Source: Schizochytrium sp. TIO01
Taxonomy: Eukaryota > Protista > Bigyra: Labyrinthulomycetes
Reading direction: 5' to 3'
Length of the DNA stretch: 64,000 nucleotides
Assembly (NCBI GenBank): GCA_004764695.1
Contig: SMSO01000034.1
Location: 3,720,001 to 3,784,000 of the forward strand
Below are positions 1 through 11,888 of the stretch, piece after piece (position 1 is the first letter of the stretch; every line of letters begins with the position of its first letter). The notes beneath the pieces were generated by a model. It ran no database searches, was not told where the DNA came from, and was given only the letters and a program-made list of their open reading frames with translations. Position numbers and translations under genes: made by a program.

Positions 1-663
1 CGTCTCATTATATTTCAAAAGCGCACATTTGGCACCAACGCTCCACAAGGCGCATCCCGTCTTTTGGGCATTGACTGGGTTCTAGTTACAAGAGGTTTGT
101 TCGCTCTTGTGGACCGTCTTGCTAAGGGCCCAAAAACATTTTCAGGGTTTACACCAGAGCGATTCATTGATATCTGCATTCATGTTATTCACTTACTCAA
201 CCTTCTCATTAGCAGTGATTTGCAGGATGAGCGATCGCGAGTTCTGTTTTTGCTAGAAATCTTGAAGCATAGAAAGGTCGTGGAAGACCTCGTGTCTGTA
301 CTAGAACGAGACCCTTCGCTTGTGGACCTTGGTGGCCCTCGAATCGTACAGCAAGATTTAGGCAACCTTCGTCACATTTTGACACATTTCATGGGAACTG
401 TGGCTTTGATTGAAGATGAGCAGGCCCAGGAGCTTACAGGGGCGAATCGTTCAAAACGAGACATGGAGATTCTTGGACATTTGGCTGAGAGGGTCTCGAG
501 CCTTCGCTTGCGTCCGCATGACAGACTCCGTGATGGTTTCCAGCGCTATGTCGAGACCCAGCATGAACGTGCTCTTTTGCGAGACTTTATTGTGCGAACG
601 ATCTCAGACTGCAATTCACTTCATGTTTTTGAGAACAAAGTTTTTTCGGCACGACGTCGATAA
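1..663 (+). CDS. 3' part of an ARMH3/C10orf76 (DUF1741)-like armadillo-helical protein, truncated by the window edge
   Basis: Frame 1 is open from base 1 (RLIIFQKRTFG...) to TAA at 661-663. It follows the ARMH3 C-terminal pattern as recalled: RLxxFQK, W...LxxL, NLRHILTHF (cf. NIRAIINHF), LRLRPHDRL..FQRYVE..HE (cf. LTLKLQDxLDQYERYSE). Confidence 0.6.
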   Translation, partial: RLIIFQKRTFGTNAPQGASRLLGIDWVLVTRGLFALVDRLAKGPKTFSGFTPERFIDICIHVIHLLNLLISSDLQDERSRVLFLLEILKHRKVVEDLVSVLERDPSLVDLGGPRIVQQDLGNLRHILTHFMGTVALIEDEQAQELTGANRSKRDMEILGHLAERVSSLRLRPHDRLRDGFQRYVETQHERALLRDFIVRTISDCNSLHVFENKVFSARRR

Positions 664-1276
664 TCATGTTTCTCTAAAAACAACAGTAAAATTAATAAAA
701 GGAAAGTTAGAAAAAAGAGGTAGTGAGTTATACTACCATCCACCATCATATCTTTCAACTGATTGATATCTATGGTTATCTGAACATCAAATCGTAGGAA
801 TAATAATTTCTCATACAACAGTGCAATTTACTCAACGTGGTTTTAGCTAAACCCGAGTTGAGCAAGTACACTAAGAACATGACATGTGGACTACTAAAAT
901 AATTTCAACACAAATCATTACTGTTTCTGTCCTAATGACACCTTCCACCTCTACCACTATCTGGCATCTCCATCGTCCCTTTTCCTTTGTTCGATATTGT
1001 CAACCCAACGTAGAATAACGACCTTGAAAGGAAGTCAATGTTCTAAGTTTGAGTGACGGACCACCTTACCTTAAAATAATAATAAAAAATCATGGATCTT
1101 TGTTGCACATTCGTTAGCTCTTCGAAATACTACTGAGACCACCATCCTCAACGCAAAGAGGTCCTTTGTTTCGTTGATGGTGGAAAAGAAAAACACAAGG
1201 AAATTAGCAAAAGGAGAAAATTTCAAAAAATGAACGAGGCATTCAGAGTACCCAGATGCAAAAAATGTGTTGTAAT

Positions 1277-4200
1277 TTAGGCAAGAGTGTCAGCAAGTCT
1301 GTACTCTGAGATGAAGTCTTCAGGGATGGATTCGACCTGTTCAGCAAGGACCTTCTTTCCTTCTTCAGAGTTTTTGAGAGCCTCCACGGTCTTCTTAAAC
1401 AGCATACCGACCATGTGGTTAGACTCTTCCTTCATCTTCTCAATGATAGCAGGGAAATCGGCGAGCTTGAGGACATCCTCAACAAAGAGGTGTGCCAGCA
1501 GGTTGCCGTAGTGCTGAGTACACAAGGGGCTATCCATGCTCTCGTCCGCCATAAACTCGAAACGTGCTCCAAGTCCAGCGACGAAGTCCTCCTCGTTGAG
1601 AAGCTTCATCTCCTTGGCCAGATGCACAAGTGCCTCCGGCACGTGGCGTCTCTCGGCGTCCTTCTTCTCTACGATCATGTGGCACGCCTGTTTGATGATG
1701 AAGAGCTTGAGCTCTTCCTCGGACTCAACTTGCGGCACGAGTTCCGTGAAAGATTCTACGAGTTCGGATGCCATGTTGAGGTGCACGTACTCCTCAAGAG
1801 CTCCACGCACCTTGTTCTCCATCGTTTCAGTATCAATGGCTGCTACCTTGCGCTTGGGCTGCGCGCCACCCGACGGTCCTGTCGAGCGCGGCAGGTTTGA
1901 TGCTCCAGCCTTTCCAGCGTTACTTCCTCCCGGTGCGAACCGTCCTGAAGGTCTGGCCGTAGCAGTTCCTAGTGCTGGTGGCCTCTGGATTCCTGCTCCG
2001 GAGGCTCCGGGTCTGAAGCTTCCTGCTGCTCCCCCAGGTCTCATGGCACCTCCAGCAGCTGCTCGGAGTCCACCAGCTCCTCCCGCAGGTCCTCCTGCAG
2101 CGGGTCTGGCTCCACCAATCTTGGCGGCTCCACCACCTCCGATCTTGTATCCTTGTGTGGTGCCCATAGCAGATCCCTTAGCAACCTGCTGGATCATAGG
2201 TCCCGCGCCTGCACCGGATCTTCCAGCACCTCTGTCGCGTCCGAACCCTGCTCCTCCGCGTGCCGGAGCAGCTCCCTGGCGGCCGCCTGCAGCACCACTC
2301 CGAGCTGCTTGGCGAGCCTTCTCTTGCTCCTCGCGAGCAGCGTCCTTGTGAACGTCTTCGATCTTCTTAGCCTTGAGCTCTTCGCGACGTGCCTGCCACT
2401 TGTTGCTGCGGAGGTCAATAACATCCATGATCATGAATCTGTGTCGCGCGTCAAGTTTCTTGTTAGATGCAATGCGGCGCATCTTGGCAAAGTACTCCTC
2501 CACGAGCTGCTTGGTGCGCGGTACAGGGCTGGAGTCAAGGGTGGCGCCGATGGTCGTGAGCAGTTTACAGAGGCACTCAAGGTCCTCTTCCTCAGGGACC
2601 TCTTGCTTAGGGTTCAGGATCTTGATGATGCAGGAGTGCATGACCTTCTCCGTGAGAATCTTCTTCTTGAAGAGCTCACCAATGAACTGGATGTTACCAA
2701 GCACCTTGCGCTTGATCTTGATTGCCTCATACTTGGCGTCGCTGAACTTCTCCTTCACCTCAGCCTTCTTGTCAGCGTCGCTCTCGTTCTCGAACTCCTC
2801 CTTGAGCTTCTCGACGAGGGCCTCAGCCTCCTGAATCTGTGTCTCCTTCTCGAACTCCTCTTGGCACTTGTTCAACAGGATGCGCTTGAAGTCCGTCATC
2901 TTGGTCGACACCTCGCGTGCCTTCTCTTCGCTATCGTACGGTCCCATAAGCCTGTCTTCGTCAGGCTCCTCAGTGTCGTCAGAGGCGGTCCAGTAGTATT
3001 TGCCGTCGTTCTCCACGATCTCCACGAAGTCCCATTCGTGTCCCTTTGCCTTGCTCTCCACGATTACCCTGCACAGGTCCGCGTAAAGCTCTCCAAACTT
3101 GGGTTCAGCAAGTGCCTTGTCAAAGATCGCTGCCATGGTCTCCTTGAGCATCTTCACACTCTTCATCGGAATCTCAAGCATCTGCTTCGACAGCCGCTCG
3201 AACTTCTCCAGAGTCAGCTTGTTCAAGATACCGTTCACCTTCTTGATGGTGCCCTCGAGCTCGTTGGCAGCTGCCTTGGGCTTCCAACCCTTCTCTGTGG
3301 TCTTCAGTGGCGCCACACGCATGCCCATGTTAGGCGGCGGCGGCAGCGGCCTTCCACCAGGTCCCAGAGGGGGGCCGCGGGGGCCTCCAGGTGCTCCACG
3401 GCCTCCTCCGCCGCCTCCGCGGTTCCATTGTCCACCGCCTCCACGCTGGTCGCGAGGACCGTTCATGTTGTCAAAAGCACGACGGTTTCCGCCCATCGCA
3501 GAGTTGCCACGGGCAAGGGGCGGGCGCACGGGGACAATGTCGAAGGTAATCTCGTCGAGCTCGCTAGGGCAGTCGCGAAAGCGAGTCTTAAAGCCCATCA
3601 GCTCGGCAACCTCGTACACAATCTTGCCGGTTTCGTTGCGCTTCACCTGCACAGGTACCACGGGTTCACTGTCCTCGTTGCTGGATGCGGCCGCTGCTGC
3701 GTCCATTTCTTGCTGCTTGAGGAGCTCCTGGTCGCGTTTCTTGCGCTCCTCATCGGCCTGGTCTGCCTTGCGCTTGAGCTCAGCCTCCTTGCGCTGCTTC
3801 TCGGCCTGCTCCTCCTCCTCTTGGAGCTTCTTGCGTTTTTCGTCAGCAACACGCTGCTGCTCCTCGAGTTGAGCCTTGGCATCAGCCTCCTTGCGCTGTC
3901 TCTCAAGCGACTCAGCGTCAGCTGCCTCCTGCTTCAGCTTTTGCTGAAGTGCTTCAAGCATGATGTTGCTCTTGGGCTTGGCAGCTCCGGCGGCCCCAGT
4001 TCCGTTCGCTGTGTTGTTGGCTGCACTGCTGCCAGCGTTGGTGCTGGCAGTAGTAGAGGCGCTTTGCTGCTGCTGCTGTTGCTCGGCCTCCTTGTGCGTG
4101 GGAGAGGGGAGCACTGCCTTCTTAGTCTTGGGGTCAATGATCTCGAGGATCTTCTTCTCCTTCTTGACAGGCGCCGCAGCCTGCTGCTGCTGATGTTGCT

Positions 4201-4678
4201 GCTGTTGCGGGGCAGCCATGGGAGCTTGCGCGAAGTACATTTGCTGCGGGTACATGTTGGGGGGACGCTGGTAATACATGTTCGGCTGCATGGGGCCCAT
4301 GCTAGGGCTCACGCCGGGGCTTCCTGCGGCGGATCCATCATCGCCGGAAACTGACCCGGGCCCGCCCTGGGCCATATTCATGTAGTACTGATGCGGGTAA
4401 TAGGGCATGCTGGGGTAGTAGGGCCGGCCGGCCGGCATCTGCTGCATGTTCATGGGGCCGCTGCCGGGGGAGTTCATCACGCCGGGAACAGGGCTGGGAG
4501 CAGACCCGGCGCTGCCAACGCTGGCGTTATCGCTGCCGGGTGCAGACCCAGGGCGCATCACGCCGTACGGAGCGACGCCAGGGTACATCATGGGAGAGCC
4601 CATCATAGGCTGCTGCTGCTGCTGCTGGCCTTGCTGCTGCTGGTAGCCGCGGCCCTGCTGCTGCTGAGGAGCGCTCAT
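1277..4678 (-). CDS. EIF4G: Eukaryotic translation initiation factor 4G (MIF4G + MA3 domains)
   Basis: 1133-aa ORF with a Q/P/G-rich N-terminus, KKILEIIDPKT motif and eIF4E-binding YxxxxLphi (YEVAELM, 3596-3616). MIF4G core: KVNGILNKLTLEKF...FKRILLNKCQEEF...LGNIQFIGELFK...EEDLECLCKLLTTIG...RHRFMIMDVIDLRSNKW. RGG linker, C-terminal MA3-like helical domain, strong codon bias. Confidence 0.97.
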   Translation of the reverse strand: MSAPQQQQGRGYQQQQGQQQQQQPMMGSPMMYPGVAPYGVMRPGSAPGSDNASVGSAGSAPSPVPGVMNSPGSGPMNMQQMPAGRPYYPSMPYYPHQYYMNMAQGGPGSVSGDDGSAAGSPGVSPSMGPMQPNMYYQRPPNMYPQQMYFAQAPMAAPQQQQHQQQQAAAPVKKEKKILEIIDPKTKKAVLPSPTHKEAEQQQQQQSASTTASTNAGSSAANNTANGTGAAGAAKPKSNIMLEALQQKLKQEAADAESLERQRKEADAKAQLEEQQRVADEKRKKLQEEEEQAEKQRKEAELKRKADQADEERKKRDQELLKQQEMDAAAAASSNEDSEPVVPVQVKRNETGKIVYEVAELMGFKTRFRDCPSELDEITFDIVPVRPPLARGNSAMGGNRRAFDNMNGPRDQRGGGGQWNRGGGGGGRGAPGGPRGPPLGPGGRPLPPPPNMGMRVAPLKTTEKGWKPKAAANELEGTIKKVNGILNKLTLEKFERLSKQMLEIPMKSVKMLKETMAAIFDKALAEPKFGELYADLCRVIVESKAKGHEWDFVEIVENDGKYYWTASDDTEEPDEDRLMGPYDSEEKAREVSTKMTDFKRILLNKCQEEFEKETQIQEAEALVEKLKEEFENESDADKKAEVKEKFSDAKYEAIKIKRKVLGNIQFIGELFKKKILTEKVMHSCIIKILNPKQEVPEEEDLECLCKLLTTIGATLDSSPVPRTKQLVEEYFAKMRRIASNKKLDARHRFMIMDVIDLRSNKWQARREELKAKKIEDVHKDAAREEQEKARQAARSGAAGGRQGAAPARGGAGFGRDRGAGRSGAGAGPMIQQVAKGSAMGTTQGYKIGGGGAAKIGGARPAAGGPAGGAGGLRAAAGGAMRPGGAAGSFRPGASGAGIQRPPALGTATARPSGRFAPGGSNAGKAGASNLPRSTGPSGGAQPKRKVAAIDTETMENKVRGALEEYVHLNMASELVESFTELVPQVESEEELKLFIIKQACHMIVEKKDAERRHVPEALVHLAKEMKLLNEEDFVAGLGARFEFMADESMDSPLCTQHYGNLLAHLFVEDVLKLADFPAIIEKMKEESNHMVGMLFKKTVEALKNSEEGKKVLAEQVESIPEDFISEYRLADTLA

Positions 4679-6352
4679 GATGGTTGATTGGTTTTTTTTT
4701 TTTAAATCTAGTGAATGCTCAAATGAGTCGTTCTATAGAACGATCTGGTCGATGAATGCCGAGGTCTAAAACCCTACGCAATCGGATCACAGTTTGTGCA
4801 TTTTCGCATAGTCGTCAAGAATCAGTCCATCCATGTATTTGTTCATTGATTCGAATATGTCCGTATAGGGGAAAGTAGCGAATACAGTGATCGTAATATT
4901 GTTGTTGTCCGGTCATCAGAGGATGATTGTGATCAAAAGAATTTCCAGAGAGTAGAACCACCACAGTCGCGATGCGAAACGCACAGTAAAGAGGAAAAGA
5001 AAGCAGAAATTCATATGGTCAACATAGTAGAAATTCGAGCACAAACCAGGTTTTCCAATGTTAGTTAATCTGTTGTTCGAGGAATGCAAGTAGAATGGAT
5101 CAAGGCTAAGCAAAGCCAGCAAACACATTTATGAAGCAACTGAGAGGCCTGCCTAACTTTATAGTGAATAACTCTTTAGCTTAAGCAAGCAACAACAAAA
5201 ACAGCATCTCGACAACAGCCCGGAGCGACCGTACTGCGACCAATCCGAAGCAGGTCACCACAGCTCGATCCCCGCCCATCATGTGAAATCCCGCATTCTT
5301 TGCGTACTCCCGTTTGCTCATAAGCTTGCTCTAGATGCTCCAGCCAAGAAAGAAGAAGAAGAAGACGAATACGTACCTAATGAATGGCAGAGCCAAGGGC
5401 CAAGAAGCTCGGAGCGGCGAGGCTACCTGTGCCTGCTGCTGCGCTGCCTGCCTTCTCGCCGGTCGGTGGGCGAGGAGGAGGAGAAGAGGGGTCGGTTCTT
5501 CGCGATGCAACTCGAGGGCCCAAGCCCACGGCGCTCGCTGTCTCTGCGGCGGAGCGGTCTCCGGCGCTGCCCAAGAGCCTCGAGACAAGAGGTTTGTTTG
5601 GCTGCTAATCAGAGCTGTAGCCGCTTCTACAGAAACAAGCACCACCAACAAATAAACAAATAACTAAACAAATAAACACTATCGCAACAAACGACCAACA
5701 ACCAACAACTGAAGAGGAACGCTATGCGCGCTCCATACAGCCCCCCTTACCTACGAGCTCCACCTCCCTAGGACAGCCTTTGGGAACGATAAAGACTGAA
5801 TGCCCTGAAGCTAACAAACTTCATAATATACTAGTATTATGTGATCGATGTCAGCATTTTTTAGAACAGCTGGGGTGTGTGATAAGGCTTATAGCGGGGG
5901 AGAAAGAACGGGTGAGGAGAACAGATACTATTTTCTGTGAAAGAAGAAAACAAAAAGAACTTGAAGGGCACTCGCTCATTCTCTTCGTGAGTCGAACTAT
6001 CTTATCTTACGCGCTCCATCCCTCAATAAATAGCTGGCATGCCAGCCTTTCGCAGGGCAGCACAGCCGTGCTCAGCAGTAGTACCCGCCGATTAGCTAGT
6101 TAAGTAACGCCACCTACACTCCATGTGCATGATTAGTTCTTTTCTATCGAAAAAATGAAGCCTCTGCCCGATTGATGATGTTCCTTATTTTTCGCTTATT
6201 GGTGTTCTTTTCTCTTTGTTAGCTTCTTTCTATATCGCGAGCCTTAGGAGTTCTTTCTTTCGTTCTAACTGTGAATAATAAAATTATATCACATGAATCA
6301 ATCGATTTGCGCGTATAAGAAAGAGAAAGCGGATGGTGGGCAGCACGACCAA

Positions 6353-6428
6353 AAAGAAGAAGAAGAAGAAGAAGAAGAAGAAAAAGAAGAAGAAGAAGAA
6401 GAAGAAGAAGAAGAAGAAAAAGAAGAAG
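6353..6428 (+). repeat. Imperfect (GAA)n trinucleotide microsatellite
   Basis: About 75 bp of GAA repeats with two AAA interruptions, read directly. Confidence 0.95.
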
Positions 6429-9315
6429 CGGAGATAGAGCTTATCTACGCAGCTGATCGTGACGAATTTGCAGTGGTTCGTATGGCCCAAAACAAACTAT
6501 TGACGGGAAATCTTGACAAACACACGAGTGCTTATGAGCAATCGGGCTTTATGATGTCATGTCATGGTGATCGACACCCAAACTATTGAGCTTGCAGTTC
6601 TTTCCTCGTTCCCTTTTTGAACAACCTTATCTCTCGCTATCTTGAAGAAGAAATTGAAAGAGATCGTTCTTTTCTTCTTATTTTTAAACATAAGAGTTCC
6701 TGCCTGCTTGTCCATCCCAGCCGTTCTTTTTTAATTCGGGAATACTTCGAATGCAATTCTTCGAGATACTTTTCACTCTCTCGCTAAGAGCGCCTGATTA
6801 GCTGCAGTGAAGTGCCGCTCCGCAAGTAGGTTATAGCCGCTCTACAGTAGGATAAAAGGATAGTGCACAGTAGTCTACCATACGCTATACGCACTGCAAG
6901 GGTCGCCAAATGACTGGCATTGAGCCCAGCAGAAAGTAAAGTCAAGGATATCCTCCAAGATCCCACGGCCAACCAACGATCGCTGCCTCCTCACATTCAA
7001 TACACAGTAGCTACTGTAAACAATAAAAGTCTTTTGTACTACTGCTTAACGACCTGAGATGGCGGGGATCCATAGATTAGTAAACAACCATAGATTGGGA
7101 TCCGCAGGAAATGCTCGCCACCAACCACCACCGCAAAAGCGACCTTCAGATAGGCAGCAGGAGAGTACTTGATAGTAATACTTAGAGACGCGGTTAAGAG
7201 GTGTTCTTCGCCAGTCGAATTATCTTTAATTTTTTATATTTCAGAAATTCCCAGTTAGCTTTTTCTTATAAAGGTTTGCAATAGTAGGTGATAGCTTAGG
7301 TAGATATTAGGATGAACGTATATGACTTTTATTAGTTTTTATCTTTCTCTTTTTCCCCTTTTTTTAAAATCATAGAAGAAACCTGAGCTCGTTCGTACTT
7401 AGGTAAGCTTACTTTACTTATTATTATTTTGGTTTTAAATTGATCAGTAAAAAGGATTCTTGAGAGCAGGTTCGAAAGGTTTCTTCTTCTTTCTTTTTCT
7501 TTCTTTTCGACAGCGTTTCCGCTGCACACACTCTTTTTTCTATTGGTCAACAAATATAAGCTTATGCTTGGTTTCCTAATGTTCTTCCGTAATTCGCTCG
7601 TTCTGGACATTTGCATGGAGGCTAGATTAGATGATGATGTTCTTCTTCCGAGTAAGATGTCCGTAGTACCTACCAATCGCTGTACACAGTATTAAGACTC
7701 GTTTGCTGACCTGAAAGCCATATAAATATACTACTTGATGAATTGCTGGATGTCAAGCTAGAATTATGTACCTGGCCAGCGTGCATGCAAAAAAACATTG
7801 CAATACGATTAACGCCCTGGTAAAGTGTCTCATGAGCTCCAACTTCTTATCCATTTTGGTCTGTACTTCATAGAGTGTGACTGGCAAGTACATTGTGTTT
7901 TGTTATAACACTTACCTAGCTAGAGGCAAGTCAACTAATAGGCACCTAGTATCATTTTTATGTCGTACGATACAACAACAAAAAAACTTTTACATTGGTC
8001 ACATCCATTGAATATCTTCGAAATTAAGTGAATGCTCATCAAAATTAAAATTATTCAAGAATTTACTCGTAGAGGAACTCAAACGTCTTCTTCAATATAT
8101 ACATATATATGTATTTATTTCAGTCTATTCATACAGTTGAAGATTTATGCCAATTCCAACCAATGGAAGAACATGTGTTCGTTGCGGCAAAGCTTGCTAG
8201 CATGATCATTCAACATTCAACATTCTGCAGCAGAGTTAAACAACTCTGGCATGCTTTGAAAACCCGACTGGTGAAGTGGGCTCAGCAGTGCAGTCTAGTT
8301 GTCGGGGCTTGTGGGTTACAATATTGGGGTTCATTCAGACATCTCTCGCTTTTGCAGTAATAAGCTACTTGGAGTAGTAGTACCAATGCTGCGATATAAG
8401 ATCTCCACATTTGTCGGATTGACTCCGATATATATATCAGCAAGTTGGCGTTTGCTGGCTGGGAAGAATCTGCTTGCTCGAACGCATTTCCGCTTACCTA
8501 CGATAAACCATACTACCTGGTACCCGGCTATCACACCACACATGAACAGGCATTTTAACTATCTAGGTCTCTATTCTCTATAAGACATCTTCAAAACATG
8601 TACCAATGATTAGTCACGAATTCGAAACAACAAAAGGCAACACTGCAGGCAAGTTGACAGTGTGTCAATGGCATGGGCCCGGACGCAGGTCTCCTCCGGA
8701 ACTCAATCCAAAGTCTTGAAGCTGCGTTTGTGCGTTACCCCTTTTCCTCAAACTTAAAAGAAGGAGGCTCAGCAATTTTTGAGAAAGGAAAGCTGAGGTA
8801 TTTCGGAATCTCAAATCTCTACTTATTGAGTGGCTGTAAGCTGTCTTGCTCTCTTCACGAATCGCAAGAGGAAATAAGCATTGCATCAACACTGACGTAG
8901 TGCCAGAACCCCCCCTCTGTCCTCATCAGTCGCCAACACCAGAATCTCCGCTCATGTCATTCTGTGCACATTGCTGAGTCTCCGCGTCATCCATGGTTTA
9001 TTATTCACCAGCATCGTCACCCAGGAAGCTCTGATACGATCTTTACGTATAACTAACTAGCATCTATATAGCCCTCTACCCGAGCTTGTTTCGTTCCCCA
9101 CATCAAGCTTGTCAGAGAACAAATAGGACGTTCTGTTCTACTGGTTTCTGCGTTCTATTGGGATGTTACGTGGTGGATCCGTGTTGGTTCCGCCCAGCCA
9201 GTGATTGATGGAGACCATGTTGCCGCGGCCAGTGGCGAGAACTGCGTAGAATTAGTCAAAGTCTTCACTGGAGAGGACACGAAGAGCAACTCGAAGTGGC
9301 ACGAGGACAAACACG

Positions 9316-9897
9316 ATGTCGGACCCCCTGGCATGCCGCACGAGCTTCTGCGACAGGTGCGGAACTCTTCTCGCAACACCGGACTCCGACGTGGTGACAT
9401 GCGTGTGTTGTGGCCGCACATGCTGCTATGGAGGTGAGTGGACATGACACGCAAGGCCTACTTGCAGACCAAAGACTGAGGACGCAAAAGGGACGAGCTA
9501 ATCAATTGATGTGCATGAAAAGACGAAATGACTAACTCAGAAGGATTGTATGATACTCTTAATCCTCTCGATTGTGCTGGCGATGATGTTGATTATTTTG
9601 ACTTCACATTAAACAGACTTGGACAGCCGCAACTTAAGGATAACCACTTTCGCCGAGACCCAAAGCGACCCGAAGTGGGCTAAGCGCTACCTCGCTCGTC
9701 GTGATGGTATTGATGATGACCTCGATGGCAAATTTGGAGATGCCTCCCAGCGTCGCGCTGAGGTCGACGAGACCTGCCCCAAGTGTGGCCATGACAAGGC
9801 TACTTTCTACACCATGCAGCTCCGCTCAGTTGATGAAGGTCAAACTGTCTTTTACGATTGCCTCAAATGTGCTCACACCTGGAGTCAAAACAACTAA
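9316..9897 (+). CDS. RPA12: DNA-directed RNA polymerase I subunit RPA12, join(9316..9433,9617..9897)
   Basis: Exon 1 (not in the ORF track) is MSDPLACRTSFCDRCGTLL...TCVCCG, an N-terminal Zn ribbon. A phase-1 intron GTGAGT(9434)...AAACAG(9616) joins in frame to a TFIIS-like C-terminal ribbon, CPKCGHDKATFYTMQLRSVDEGQTVFYDCLKC. Confidence 0.93.
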
Positions 9898-10865
9898 ACG
9901 ATTACTCCAAAACACTGCGGGGAAACATGGCCCGCGCTCACTTGTTCTTCTTCTCTCATCAAGATGCGTCCAACAATCTAAGCTACAGCCATTCCTCTTG
10001 TATAGTGGCGTAGCTTCTTCCTTCTTAAATCAATCGAACTGCCTAAGAGGCATGTCTCTTAAGGTCTTTCGGGCCTTTCACAGTTGTTGTCTTCCTCGGT
10101 GCACATGCAATCTCTTCCGTCTCAAGACAGATTTATGGGTGCCCGCCAGGAAACCCAAACCGTTTTTCTATAGCAGGACCAGTTCTGATTTCGAGCACGC
10201 CCGTGATTTAAACCTGCGATGAGACATCGACCTGAACAAGAACGCCTCAAACTATTCACATACATATCTACGTACTTTTCACGTGACACTTACGAGCACA
10301 GCAGCTAGCAAAGATCTATGCACACACTAGTTTTTCCTTTCTTCTCGCTCGCGGTGTCCTTTTCAAAGAATAATAATATTTTTCTTACTTTACTTCATCT
10401 CGATATGTCCAAGTTGTTTCCAATGTCAATTCAAACACTTTTACTTTATATATGAGAGGTCCACGAGTACGTGCGCAGTTTTGATTCTTTGCCAGTTTGC
10501 TTCGTGTACAGAGGGCAATACAAAGAAATTCTTAGAAATATTTGACAAAGTTGCACACGCAAGCAGCAACATTAGCAAGAGCAAGAGCAATATAAGCACT
10601 CCTTTTGAAGTATCTTCGCGTGGGAATATAATTGCATACCTGTAAATAATCACGAATTAAAATGATCAGTATGATCATTGTACGCAAGTTGGATTTGAGA
10701 TATAAGTGGTGAAAGGTAAGAGAAAATACAATACATGAAGAAAACATGCTACTCTAAGTAGTCCCAGTTGTTGGACAATCAATTAAAATAAAGGCAATAG
10801 ATGAGGAAAGAGCATCTAGAGAGTGGTTAGCTAAGCATGCAGACACGCAAGCGCGCAGGAGGCAA

Positions 10866-11888
10866 TTATCGGCTTAGTGTCTCTTCAGCAACGAGATCCC
10901 ACTTATCGATAAAATTCTTGCGCCACAGTCGGACTACACCGTCATCACCCGAAGTAGCAAGCACTGTACCTGTTACGTTCCATTCGCACCGCCATACCTC
11001 GCTCTTGGTTGGAAGCTCGGCCTCCTTTTCAAGTTTAGTGTAGCTAGAGGTCTCCGAGTCCCAAGTCAGTTTCCAAACATTTACACAGGAGCTGTTAGAT
11101 GAGGCCGAAGCAATCAGGTGGTAGCTACGACCAAGGTTGGGCGCCCACGAAACATCGTTGATTGCGCCCATTGAGTTGCGGTCCGTTTCAATCCACTGGC
11201 AAATTTCCCAACGGCGAGTTGCTTTGCTGCGTGACCAAACCATAATCCGAGATGTGCTACCAACCACGAGCATTTGTTGGTCAAAGCGGGACTGGTTCCA
11301 GGACAGACTTGTCGTATCGGAGATGCGCTCGCCTCCCCTCCGGTCAGGCACGGCCTTGAACTTCTCGCTCATAGTCCAGTGCTCGAGATTCATAACATCT
11401 TCAGCTGTGTAAAGACGGACAAAACCGTCAGTAGAACAGGTTGCGAGGCAGAGACCAAAGTGACGAGGAGCAAACTGCATGTCATTGATGGACTCACGCC
11501 CATCGCCCTTAAGGGAGGCCACACGTTTCCAGCTAGACTCCAGAGCCTGGGATTCACCAGCTTCAGCACCATTTCCATCCTTGGGCTGCTGTGTAGATAA
11601 CTCCTTACGTTTCGGAGTATCCAGCTCCTCCCAGATGAAAACCTGCTGATCGAATGAGCATGATGCTAGAACCTGGCCAAATTCCGGATGAGCCCACGCC
11701 AATTTCCAAACAGCACCGCGGTGGCCGCTCAGCTCAGCTTCCTTTTGCCAACTCCCATCAGCACCTTCACTCCAAATCTTAATTTTGTGGTCCGAGCTGC
11801 ACGTCGCAAGGCGGGTGCCATAATGATCGTAAGCTACATCATGAACAAAATCTTCATGAGTGCCCGCAAACGAAGTCACCTGTCTCAT
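10866..11888 (-). CDS. SEH1: Nucleoporin SEH1 (WD40; Nup107-160/GATOR2 subunit)
   Basis: HEDFVHDVAYDHYGTRLATCSSD, WAHPEFGQVLASCSFD, FAPRHFGLCLAT, VSWAPNLGRSYHLIAS and VWRCEWNVTGTVLATSGDDGVVRLW are SEH1 signatures (GRSYHLIA distinguishes it from SEC13). Confidence 0.95.
   Translation of the reverse strand: MRQVTSFAGTHEDFVHDVAYDHYGTRLATCSSDHKIKIWSEGADGSWQKEAELSGHRGAVWKLAWAHPEFGQVLASCSFDQQVFIWEELDTPKRKELSTQQPKDGNGAEAGESQALESSWKRVASLKGDGRESINDMQFAPRHFGLCLATCSTDGFVRLYTAEDVMNLEHWTMSEKFKAVPDRRGGERISDTTSLSWNQSRFDQQMLVVGSTSRIMVWSRSKATRRWEICQWIETDRNSMGAINDVSWAPNLGRSYHLIASASSNSSCVNVWKLTWDSETSSYTKLEKEAELPTKSEVWRCEWNVTGTVLATSGDDGVVRLWRKNFIDKWDLVAEETLSR

Noticed and set aside
2153-4354. 733-aa + strand ORF antisense to eIF4G, and other antisense ORFs such as 13607-14305 opposite RPL17
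   Set aside because: Shadow ORFs: strongly biased genes avoid TTA/CTA/TCA codons, which removes antisense stops. The translations are L/V/H-rich with no domain.
6293-6589. 98-aa poly-Glu ORF and antisense poly-Phe ORF
   Set aside because: Length is largely due to the GAA microsatellite and there is no recognisable domain.
7300-8900. Several short ORFs between eIF4G and RPA12
   Set aside because: No motif, codon bias or consistent exon chain; could be decayed coding DNA but this cannot be supported.
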